DNA from: Octopus sinensis
Taxonomy: Eukaryota
DNA length: 11,929 bases
Direction of reading: 5' to 3'
NCBI RefSeq assembly: GCF_006345805.1
Contig: NW_021826733.1
Location: 1-11,929, forward strand
Below, piece after piece: positions 1 through 9,874 of the stretch (position 1 is the stretch's first letter; every line of letters starts with the position of its first letter). The notes under the pieces were generated by a model. That model was given only the letters and a program-made list of their open reading frames with translations, was not told the origin of the DNA and made no database searches. The position numbers and the translations under genes were made by a program.

Positions 1-750
1 GTATAATGTATTAGGGATTCAAGAAATGTGGATTGTATTGTCTTTAGCCAACTACCCACCACTCGTCTGGGTTATATATTAAAAACCACAAAAGCTCTTC
101 CTGTTTATGTTATGGTATTGAGAATATGGGTGCATACTTTGATGAATACATCTATTCCTTGTATTTATAGAATATTACCAAACTTTTTTCCTTTTCAGCA
201 AATTTCATATTTGACGACCTAATAGTAAGGTTGAACCAGAGTAGTATTTACAACCGGCAACCATGTTGCGTTTGGAATACAAATTACTCTAACAAAGTAT
301 TCTACCAAACTTGCCAGTGGCACATTCCTATGTCAAAAGTTATGAACCACGCGTTATTCTAACTGAAGCCATTCTACCTCTTCAACTCAAATTACAATGT
401 TGAATTTACATCGAGGCAGCTACAACAGAAACGTAGATATTAAAATATAGTAAATTAGAAAGAAAACAGTATTTCCTCACATTATCTGGCATCGATACTT
501 GTCTTTGTCAATTACTTTGACTGTGTCGTATGATAGATTGAAATCTGATAGTACTGTAATAAAATATATTTGCACTATTAGTAAGAAAATACCACTTATT
601 ATTTCATTTTCTATCCTCCATTTCTTTTTCTGACTATACTTTACTGAATTTCCGAAAGAAACTTTGATTGATGAGAAGAACTTATCTAATTAAATTTTCT
701 AACTATTTAACAAATTCGTTTTGTATTTTGTTCTTTATATCACTAAGTCA

Positions 751-778
751 ATATATATATATATATATATATATATAT
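751..778. repeat. (TA)n microsatellite
   Basis: Perfect TA run seen directly. Confidence 0.95.
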
Positions 779-876
779 CTGCATTCGTGAGTGAAAGCGT
801 ACACATGGTGTAATCTTTCGAAATCTATATTATAATGAACTAAACTAATTTTACGTTATTAAAACATAAGTAATAG

Positions 877-933
877 TCTTTTCTGTTCTAGGCACGTGAC
901 CTGAAATTTTTGGGGAGGGTTCCAGTCGATTAG
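877..933 (-). mobile_element. 3' fragment of tRNA-derived SINE family A (alternative tail)
   Basis: The minus strand reads aatcgactgg..ccctccccaaaaatttcaggtcacgtgcctagaacagaaaag. It shares AATCGACT with the 981-1394 element, and its tail resembles 6250-6280. Confidence 0.55.
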
Positions 934-980
934 CACCAATGAGACGTATAATGATTTCTGTTACTTTTGCCGATTCGTTG

Positions 981-1394
981 TATTTATTTGTTTATTGCCC
1001 ACAGGAGGTTGAACATAGACGGGACAAACAAGTGACAAAGGGATTAAGTCAATTACATCGACTCCAGTGTGTAATTGGTACTTATTTAATTGATCCCAAA
1101 AGGATGAACGGCAAAGTCGACCTCGGCAGAATTTTAACTCAACGTAACGGCAAACGAAATACCTATTTCTTTACTACCCACAAGGGGCTAAACATAGAGA
1201 GGACGAACAAGGACAGACAAACGGATTAAGTCGATTACATCGACCCCAGTGCGTAACTGGTACTTAATTTATCGTCCCCGAAAGGATGAAAGGCAAAGTC
1301 GACCTCGGCGGAATTTGAACTCGGAATGTAACGGCAGACGAAATACGGCTACGCATTTCGCCCGGCGTGCTAACAATTCTGCCAGCTCACCGCC
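981..1394 (-). mobile_element. tRNA-derived SINE family A with tandemly duplicated body
   Basis: The minus strand starts ggcggtgagctggcagaattgttagc (A-box-like) and has a B-box GAGTTCAAATTCC (1322-1310). The central domain gccgaggtcgactttgcctttcatcctttcgggg..gataaattaagtaccag resembles, from recall, a conserved metazoan SINE domain (Meta-type). The body is repeated at ~981-1162 and ~1164-1346 (offset ~184 bp). Confidence 0.85.
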
Positions 1395-1460
1395 CTCCCA
1401 CTCGTTATATTACATACATGAAGCGTTATATAGGCGTATGAATATAAACTACATCCGGTA

Positions 1461-1985
1461 GTGGGAACCCGGTTTCAGTGTTTGAATTGTGTGGAACCGC
1501 CTCTGGGTCACTCTGGCTCGGAGTGGTAGCATCTGTAAGGCTCCCAGCTACGGATTAAGTAGGAAACCCTACTACAACTGGAGTGGGGATCGGTAGAATG
1601 CAGTCACTTTATTTGCCTGAGTGGCGTAAGAGGCAACTAAACAGTGTAGGAGCGTGGGGACTGGGAATCTTCACCTCCTAGTAAATCCATATTCCTATAA
1701 AGACGGCAAGAAGCCTTAATGCATTAGTATTTAAATACGAATGGAAAGTTTATTAATAGCATTTCAGTGCAAAGAAACAGAGACAGAAGAATAAGATAGG
1801 GATTAAGCCTCGGAGAATGGCCAACGACACTCGTTGCATCAAGCGCTCCACCAAGTGGTACTCATTTCTCAAGCAGTTCCTCGCAATATGGATATCGCGG
1901 GGGAAATTTTTAATGCAAGGTCTTATAACACCTGAGGTCCTGATGGTGACAGGCACAAACTAACATAGGCCGGTCAGATTCCTGT
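1461..1985. mobile_element. Unclassified interspersed-repeat fragment, possibly a non-LTR retrotransposon 5' region
   Basis: Complex sequence, richer in GC than its flanks, with no convincing ORF. The motifs ctctggctcggagtggtagca and cgtaagaggcaactaaa resemble repeat sequences by recall only. Boundaries are approximate. Confidence 0.35.
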
Positions 1986-3609
1986 ATTTATTTTTCATCC
2001 CAGATGACTCAACACAATTCATTCTCAGTTTCGCACCTGCATCTTCTTCTAAAAGCAGATACTGGTTACACACATTTGATCATTTCCCAAGCTCTCTTCC
2101 AAGTCTCAACAGACTACACACGCCCTCACAAACTTCACAGCTCAGAAACTATTCAAATACATTACAGATTGTTATAGCAACAAAGGCGTGATAAATTACC
2201 TTTTTAATCCTTTTTTTAATCCTTTTTCTCTACCAATCCATCTGAGATATCTTCTGGTTCTATGACACAGGCTTCATGTGTTTTAAAGTGTTCTTAAATT
2301 AAATGTTCCATCTAAAAATTTAATATTAAATTATGTTCCAATTTATTTTTCTCTCTTCTGGGTTACGGGCGATGATGTTCGAGTTTGCAACCTAAGAAGG
2401 GAGGTTGGGACCTGAGAAACCGTGTCACGTGCCATCAGCTCCACCAAAGCTGATCACTGGGAAGTGCCTCGATGTAACAGCCACTGGACGCGGTCAAGGC
2501 CGTGTCACTGTCAGCGATTTGGAAATCCCTGATACCTGGTGGAGAGTCTGGATTCTTGAGAAGAAGAGCAGCCAAGACATCTGGTGTTGGTTCGAGTACT
2601 CCGTCACTTTGTTTAAAATATGCTGAACTACCCTTGGTCATTTTAGGACATCCATATTGTTACTCAGTATTTTACGACATCCATATTGATATCAGAATCG
2701 CTACAAGATGTCTCTTTCCATACATTCAAACGTACTCACTTGCATACACAAATACACCCCAAACACACACACACGCGAATTTGGGTTAAGCTGGGGTTTA
2801 CAGAAAAATTAATCGACCAACTAAATCGCACATTACAATGTCACATTTTTTTACTTTACCCCTTCAACTTAGACTAAGCTAAATAAATATAAGGACGTTA
2901 GATTACATTCAGCAATCGATTTGAACTTGTTTTAATCTACTCTAATTCCAGCAGAAATTCTTAATGAAAATTAAATATTAAATAACGTAACTCGCTTTGA
3001 TGTATTTACTAACAAAAATACATATACAAATAAAGATATTTCTTGGAAACCAAAGGACTTTGTTATTGCTTTTTGTTCTGATTTTTTAAATTTTTTGTTG
3101 AATTTTTTTTCTTTTTCCTTAGTTGCCTGCAGTTACATTAAAAATGCAACGAAATAATTCTTAGTCTCTGTAAAATCCGAATCTTTTTGACCTACTATTT
3201 GCCGAACACTTTCTATTTGCCGAAAGAAGCCTTAAGAACGTGTGTTTTAATTGGAACATCTCTGAGTTAATATTATTTAAAGATATTATTTAGTTTAACA
3301 TTTCGAAGTTGTCACAGCAGAACTAATGACGAACGAAATAATTTAATATTCTTTACGATTAATTTATCACTTAAATCTAATGCAGCAATTTTTGCTTTAG
3401 TTCTTTTCACTATTTTTTTTTTTACTAATGACTTTTAACATTTCCTCTTTTTTATTGCACATTTTATTATGTATTCGTAATACGTTTAAACGGTTACTTT
3501 GTTTATTAATATATTGCTTTAACGGCAAGCTATGCGAATGTATATTTTCCATGTTTATTTTTTCAATATCTATAAATGAGAGTAGATGCAGTCCCATTAT
3601 ACATACTCG

Positions 3610-3743
3610 TATATATTTCATACACACACACACAAATATTATATATATATATTCTATATTTATATAATATAATATATATATATATATATATATTATATTA
3701 TATATATATATTATATTATATATATATAATATATATATATTAT

Positions 3744-3783
<40 letters not shown>

Positions 3784-3808
3784 AATATATATATATATAT
3801 ATATAGCA

Positions 3809-3883
<75 letters not shown>

Positions 3884-4060
3884 TAGATAGAGACGTAAAT
3901 ATATATGAATATTTATGCTTTGTAAATATATATATATAAAAATATATGATATATTTACAAAGCATTAATATTCATATATATATATATATATATATAAATA
4001 AAAGACATAAATATTCATATATATCTGTACATATCAAACATTCATATATATATATATAAT
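3610..4060. repeat. Large interrupted (TA)n microsatellite array
   Basis: Seen directly; it produces the spurious YIYI ORFs. Confidence 0.95.
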
Positions 4061-4307
4061 CGTGCGCGTATGCGCAAGACGATTTGAATGCGTGAATAAA
4101 TTTTATTCAATCGAAAATTAGAATGAATGTACAATGAGAACAAAACCTTTAACAAAGATTCCGAAAATAATTATTATATTTACTCCCTGTTTGAGTGTAC
4201 ATGATTTGAAGAAAACGCAGGCGCGCACGCACGCACACATACACACACAAACATATAAGATCGACACACATATTTATGTAGATGCATACAAAAATGCACC
4301 AATATGC

Positions 4308-4324
4308 ATATATATATACATACA

Positions 4325-4356
<32 letters not shown>

Positions 4357-4372
4357 CACGCATACATGCATA
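4308..4372. repeat. (TACA)n microsatellite
   Basis: Repeated tacatacataca seen directly. Confidence 0.9.
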
Positions 4373-4638
4373 CGTGCGTACGAAGTTACGTTCCTATACA
4401 CATACAAAATTTTGCAAATCTAACGTGCTAGTCTGTATAGAATGTGCGTACAAGTGTGAGAGTCAGTGCGTGTTAGATGTACGTAGGTACGTTCATGGTT
4501 ATATTAGACGAGAGCGTATGTGTTCTCTAAACATTAGAGCTGCGCATGCGTGTATGACGATGTACGTCGCTACATGTTATATATGTACGAGCATAGCTAC
4601 CATTTTGTCTATCGATCTCTGTATGTATCTAACCATTT

Positions 4639-4722
4639 ATGTACGTATTTATCTATCCATCTATCTATCCATCTATTTATCTATCTGTATATCTTTATTT
4701 GCCTCTCTTTGCATATATATGG

Positions 4723-4781
<59 letters not shown>

Positions 4782-4896
4782 ACATACATACATACATATA
4801 TATATTATATATATATATATATATATGTACGTATCTATCTACCTATCTATTAGCTATTTATCAGTCTTTATTGTCTCTCTTTGCATATATGGTTTT

Positions 4897-4941
<45 letters not shown>

Positions 4942-4999
4942 CATACATAATACATACATACATACATACATATATATATAGATAGATAGATAGATTGAT

Positions 5000-5033
<34 letters not shown>

Positions 5034-5124
5034 AAGATAGATAGATGTACCTTTCAATCTATCTGCCTATTTATCTATATATCTATCTTTATTTGTCTCT
5101 CTTTGCATATATATGGTTTTATAT

Positions 5125-5180
<56 letters not shown>

Positions 5181-5190
5181 CTATATGTAC
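4639..5190. repeat. Compound microsatellite with ~200-bp higher-order triplication
   Basis: The core tcttta(t)ttg(c/t)ctctctttgcatatat(at)ggtt occurs at 4692-4724, 4865-4894 and 5086-5118. Each copy is preceded by (TATC)n and followed by (TA)n. A (GATA)n tract lies at ~4980-5046. Confidence 0.9.
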
Positions 5191-5494
5191 GTGTGGTGGC
5201 GGTTTGAAAAGCCTCTGGGTAATGGTTTTCACTTCGAAACGAGTGTAATAATTACTTTCAGAATGTACAACCACATCAACAGCAGTGTACATGAAACAGC
5301 ATAAACTAATTATTCTCCTGTAACATATTTCCCTTTATTATTATGCTTCTTGTTTTTTTTTTTTTGTTTCTTTCCTTCCTAATCGCAGTTTTGTTAATTG
5401 TGTATTTAACTAATAGAAAACTCATTTATACGCAGAAGGTGAAACAATGGAACTTTAAATTCTTTATCTTCTGACTATGTATAATTTTTATGAT

Positions 5495-5850
5495 TATATA
5501 CGTGTCTATATATATATATATAAGTATGTATATATATATATATATATACGTAAAAGACTTGTTTTATCTATATTCCTGAGCGCCATACTAATACAATGTT
5601 TGTTTGTACCACCTGCCTTGTCTTTGTTATTTCATAAAGCTTCCCGTTTATATATATATATATATATATATATAATAATAATATATATATATATATATAA
5701 TATATATATATGCATATATATATATATTTATTATATATATTTAATGATGTATATATATATATACAGATATAAAGATATATGCACACAATAACACAATATC
5801 AATACACGCACACAAACATGTGTGTGTGTGTGTGTATGTGTGTTACATAT
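5495..5850. repeat. (TA)n and (TG)n microsatellite cluster
   Basis: Seen directly, with short unique spacers. Confidence 0.85.
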
Positions 5851-6089
5851 ACATATTTAGGTATGTATGTATGCACATATGTCAAATCGTGCATAAAAAA
5901 AGACTGCTGTATCTTAGGAACGTCATTTTGCTGACAAAAACAAAAGAGCTGTTTCTATTTTGTTTCTTTTTATTATTATTATTATCAATATTGTTATTGT
6001 TGTTTTTATTTTGTTTTAATTATTGCTGCTGCTTTTTTTGTTATTGCTTTGTGTTGTTAAATGCGACAAGGTTGCATGTTCTTTCCCAC

Positions 6090-6280
6090 ACCAAAAAAAA
6101 GTCCTTAGCAGCATTTATTCCGACTCAATCTACAGAGTTGAAATCCTACCGCTGTCAACTGCGCCTTTCATCCTTTCGGGATCGATAGAATTAGAACCTG
6201 TAGAGTGCTAGTGTTGATGAGTTAGATTAACCCACTCGATTCTACAAAAAATCCAAGCCTTGAGCCGGTAATAGAAATTA
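6090..6280 (+). mobile_element. Degenerate SINE family A copy
   Basis: gagttgaaatcctaccgctgtcaactgcgcctttcatcctttcgggatcgatagaatta aligns with the reverse complement of ~1262-1322. Confidence 0.7.
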
Positions 6281-6316
6281 CACTGTGTAACACGACTTAT
6301 GCCCTTGGGTAGTAAT

Positions 6317-6714
6317 TGTTATTTCTTATTTGCTTGTCCCTTAAAGGTATGGAAAATGGCTAATATTCCCTTCAAACTTCACTTTGGTTACATTTATTCA
6401 AACCTTAAAGAATCCTTCTCAACATATGTCTACGATTCTCCCCCACTACTGCTCATGATCAGAAATGCACATTTTGTCAGTCACTAAGGGGCAGCTTCAA
6501 GTGGTTTAGGTCAAGCAACTGACAAGCAAATATTTGGAATTGAGCAGACTATTTGCTTTATTTCTGTTTCGGCAACTCAGTGCTGAATCTGTCTGAAATT
6601 AAGTTGAATAAAGGTCAGACTCAAAACATTGATGTCCAGGTGACGAAAGCAAAGTTTGAAGGGAACAGTAGTCATTTCCTTTGATTTCTTGAAAGAAGCA
6701 AATCGGAAATAACA
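6317..6714. mobile_element. Inverted-repeat element (MITE-like / non-autonomous DNA transposon remnant)
   Basis: 6317-6391 and the reverse complement of 6640-6714 align without gaps at about 54/75 identity by hand count, including TTCCCTTCAAACTT. No clear TSD. Confidence 0.65.
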
Positions 6715-6760
6715 CCTGAAGATCAAACACAAAAATAAATAAAACTTTTGTTCCACAGTA

Positions 6761-6923
6761 GGCGTAGAAGTGGCTGTGTGGTAAGTAACTTGCTTACAAA
6801 CCACATGATTACGGGTTCGGTCCCACTGCATGGCACCTTGGGCAAGTGTCTTCTACTATAGCCTCGGGCCGACCAAAGCCTTGTGAGTGGATTTGGTAGA
6901 CGGATACTGAAAGAAGCCCGTCG

Positions 6924-6973
<50 letters not shown>

Positions 6974-7208
6974 CGTATCTGTGTGTGTATGTTCGTGTGT
7001 CTGTGTTTGTCCTCCCAACACAACTTGACAACCGATGCTGGTGTGTTTACGTCCCCGTAACGTAGCGGTTCGGCAAAAGAGACCGATAGAATAAGTACTA
7101 GGCTTACAAAGAATAAGTCCTGGGGGTCGATTTGCTCGACAAAAGGCGGTGCTCCAGCATGGCCACAGTCGCATGATTGAAAGAAGTAAAAGGGTAAAAG
7201 AATAAAGA
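6761..7208 (+). mobile_element. Full-length tRNA-derived SINE family B (CORE-like; resembles octopus OR-type SINEs)
   Basis: A-box TGGCTGTGTGG (6771-6781), B-box GGTTCGGTCCC (6814-6824) and CORE-like ggcaccttgggcaagtg (from 6832). It has an internal (TA)n(TG)n, a 3' module and a gtaaaag-type tail. Partial copies lie at 9875-10107 and 10406-10556. Confidence 0.85.
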
Positions 7209-7306
7209 GAGTATTGTCATTAGTATCACATATCTAACGGTTTTAAATTGATAAAAATCTTTATTGTATCGGACAAATCCTTTTGAGACATGGAGCTATG
7301 ATTTTT
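7191..7306 (+). repeat. Direct repeat copy 1 (116 bp; partner 9011-9126)
   Basis: Gapless alignment at offset 1820 with 5 mismatches. Confidence 0.95.
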
Positions 7307-7309
7307 GAA

Positions 7310-7450
7310 ATTCTAAGCTGAAATCTCACCGAGGTCAAAACTGACTGTTACATCTTCGGGTTACGATAAATTAAAGTACCACCTTAATGCAGGTGTGCAT
7401 ATAATCCATTAACCCTCCTCCTTAGTATTGCTGGCGTTTTACTTAAATTA
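7310..7450 (+). mobile_element. Highly degenerate SINE family A copy
   Basis: aaatctcaccgaggtca...catcttcgggttacgataaattaaagtacca matches the family A central domain. Confidence 0.55.
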
Positions 7451-7508
7451 TTGATTCACGTTAGAAAAAAACAATTACCAAATTTAGTATTTAACAAATC
7501 AATTACTT

Positions 7509-7787
7509 GGAGACACATGACCTAGTGGTTAGAGCAGCGGACTCGCGCTCGAGGGACCGCGGGTTCGAATCTCAGACCGGACGATGTGTGTGTTTATGAG
7601 CGAAACACTTAAGCTCCACGCGGCTCTGGCAGAAGGTAATGGCGAAACTTCTGCTGACTCTTTCGCCACAACTTTCTCTCACTCTTTCCTCCTGCATCTT
7701 GCAGCTCACCTGCGACGGACCGGCGTCCCGTCCAGGTGGGGAACCTATACGCCAAGAAACCGGAAACCAGCTCTTATGAGCCAGGCG
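7509..7787 (+). mobile_element. tRNA-derived SINE family C (V-domain-like)
   Basis: A-box TGACCTAGTGG and B-box GGTTCGAATCT. The segment cctgcgacggaccggcgtcccgtccagg resembles, from recall, the V-SINE conserved domain. The element ends at a TA array. Confidence 0.7.
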
Positions 7788-7975
7788 ATATACATTATAT
7801 TATATATATTTATATATATATAAATATATTATATATATATATATATATATATGTACATATATATATATAGAGATAGATAGATAGGTAGGTAGATAAATGG
7901 AGAGCGAGAGACGGGGAGAATGAGGTGGGGGAGAGAGAGAGAGAGTGAGAGGTAGGTATGTAGGTAGGCAGGTAT
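7788..7975. repeat. Compound (TA)n/(GATA)n/(GGTA)n/(GA)n microsatellites
   Basis: Seen directly. Confidence 0.85.
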
Positions 7976-8490
7976 TTCCAGTGAATACGAGTGTTTTGCT
8001 TATTTCGGATAGAATACTTTAATGATTCGCCGAGATTAAAGTGTGAGCTACAATTTTGATTGCTAATATTTTATGTAGTTTGTAAATTCATTTCATTACT
8101 GAACGTCTGATCAATTATAAAATTATAATAAAATTAGTATCTGTAGCTGAAAGCCGTAAAATCGAGACCAGAATCTCAGTGATAATAAATTAGTAAGTAT
8201 TAGCACCGACCACAGTTGGAAGATTTCAGATGTTGGTGGAGGTAAATTTTAACGGCTTGTAAATTTTCTTACAGGCTTTAACTCTTGAAAAAGAAAATTA
8301 TTCTTCGTCTAAGATCATATTAACTACTTGCATACGATACTTTACACTTCAAGCAGTAAAAAAAATGGAGGATTTTATCATGCTTTTTCTCTCTTATCAG
8401 TATTTGCAATATATGAATCGTTAGGATAGTGCTTCAAACTTGGGTCTTTTGTGCACAATATCTTCTAAAATGTGTACTATTAAGTGTATA

Positions 8491-8928
8491 TTCTTCTTGG
8501 CATCCTTTTTGTCTCGGGAGACAATGGAGTTGCGCATAAAATAATCTAGTCCGGCTTTTACATTTCATGTCCTAATATATTTCCTGCTGTGGCTGTGTAG
8601 TCCTATCCTGGACAAACACTCCCTCTGGCAGGTACCGCAAATGTAGCGAAGACTGTTCCTGGCTGGTTGTAGTGCCATAGTTTCTTGTTGACGCCTTTTC
8701 TTGTCTTTCCATCTCTCCTCTCTCTCTCTCTCTTTCCTCTCTGTCACTCCTTTGTATTCCCTCTTTTACGGTACGTCGCCAATCTCCACGGTTGCTGGCA
8801 ATTGCTTCCCAACTGCTAAAATTGATGTTGCAGGCCTTCATGTCCCTTTTGCAAACATCCTTGTAACGTAAGAACGGTCTACCCACAGACCTAGTACCCC
8901 TAGCAAGCTCTCCGTAGAGTATGTCCTT
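8491..8928 (-). mobile_element. 5'-truncated RTE-clade LINE fragment (ORF C-terminus, 3'UTR, AAG tail)
   Basis: It translates KDILYGELARGTRSVGRPFLRYKDVCKRDMKACNI...WEAIASNRGDWRRTV. After a frameshift in a (GA)n tract it continues YICGTCQRECLSRIGLHSH, a C2H2-like C-terminus typical of RTE elements. The 3' end reads ccattgtctcccgagacaaaaaggatgccaagaagaa. TSD GTGTATA at 8484-8490 and 8929-8935. Confidence 0.9.
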
Positions 8929-9010
8929 GTGTATAACACAACAGTAAATATAATTGTTTGTAAGCTAAGGGGCCAATAGAGATAAGGAGCCCAAGTGTGG
9001 CTGTGTGGTG

Positions 9011-9126
9011 AGAGTAAAAGAGTAAAGAGAGTATTGTCATTATTATCAAATATCTAACGGTTTTAAATTGATAAAAATCTTTATTGTATCGGACAAATCC
9101 TTTTGAGACATGGAGCTATTATTTTT
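9011..9126 (+). repeat. Direct repeat copy 2 (partner 7191-7306), preceded by a SINE B head remnant
   Basis: Alignment as above. gtggctgtgtggtgag at 8997-9012 matches the SINE B A-box region (6770-6785). Confidence 0.9.
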
Positions 9127-9458
9127 CCTTTCGGTTTGAAGACTTCGGTCATGTTTACTTTGCGCTCTGTCAGTTATTGGCTTTATTGTTGAATCTCTGT
9201 TGTTGTAAACTGTTATTGAAAATTATTGTTGGAAATTGTTAGGGTGAACAGTTGCCTCTTTGCAGGCTTTGTGGGACTATTTATTTCCCAGTATTCCGGG
9301 GAACGGGGCAATTTCTGTAGCCCTTTGGTATTTGTTTTCGATTCTTCAACGGATTACATTTTATAATTAAGCCTTTGTATGTATTGTTTAACTGCGCCCC
9401 GCCCCCAAACGGGGGTGGGATTTGAACTGTTATATATATATATATATATATATATATA

Positions 9459-9683
9459 AGCAATAATAAATCTCTGAGCGAGGTATAATCAGTAGCTGCA
9501 CGACATCGTGATGTATATTTGCCACTTAAACGTGATAAACCCTTAAAGGTGGATGCCACACTAGCTTGTAGCCCCAGGAGGACACATCCCCCAGCTGGAT
9601 ATTGACACACTTTCTGTGCCCTATCAGTATTTACAATGGAAACCTTTAAGGGTTAGCTACGTTTAAGTGTCAAATATACTTCA

Positions 9684-9687
<4 letters not shown>
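9459..9687. mobile_element. ~230-bp element between (TA)n runs carrying a 46-bp inverted repeat
   Basis: 9505-9550 versus the reverse complement of 9642-9687 gives 39/46 identity, gapless, with a 91-bp spacer. TA runs flank it at 9431-9458 and from 9687 onward. Confidence 0.7.
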
Positions 9688-9734
<47 letters not shown>

Positions 9735-9874
9735 ATATATTATATATTATATGTATAATATATATGGGTAATAAAACGAATGGTTTACACCTATCTTTGA
9801 TTTGTTATATATATATATTATGTGTGTGTGTCTGTGTGTATATATATATATATATATATATCTGTACATACCTA

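Noticed and set aside
199-362. Acceptor-like ttttttccttttcag followed by an open frame NFIFDDLIVRLNQ...HALF*
   Set aside because: No recognisable protein similarity and no supporting neighbouring exon; such acceptors are common by chance in AT-rich DNA.
3195-3224. 12-bp direct repeat ctatttgccgaa x2 (similarly the cctttttaat-like repeats at ~2199-2226)
   Set aside because: Ordinary local slippage duplications; not CRISPR-like.
5345-5445. Strong polypyrimidine tract plus cgcag acceptor
   Set aside because: No convincing coding frame or strong donor downstream.
3397-6211. Many ORFs up to 239 aa rich in Y/I/H/T/C/V
   Set aside because: They are translations of microsatellites and low-complexity tracts that lack stop codons; the same applies to ORFs at 9683-10014 and 11618-11848.
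7509-7582. tRNA gene
   Set aside because: A and B boxes are present but there is no proper acceptor or anticodon stem, and the sequence continues into a SINE body.
8565-8886. Host zinc-finger gene
   Set aside because: The motifs are the RTE LINE C-terminus; the frame is shifted and the fragment is bounded by a TSD.
9480-9500. cagctactgatta on the minus strand as a second hammerhead core
   Set aside because: It does not match CUGANGA and has no stem II or GAAA downstream.
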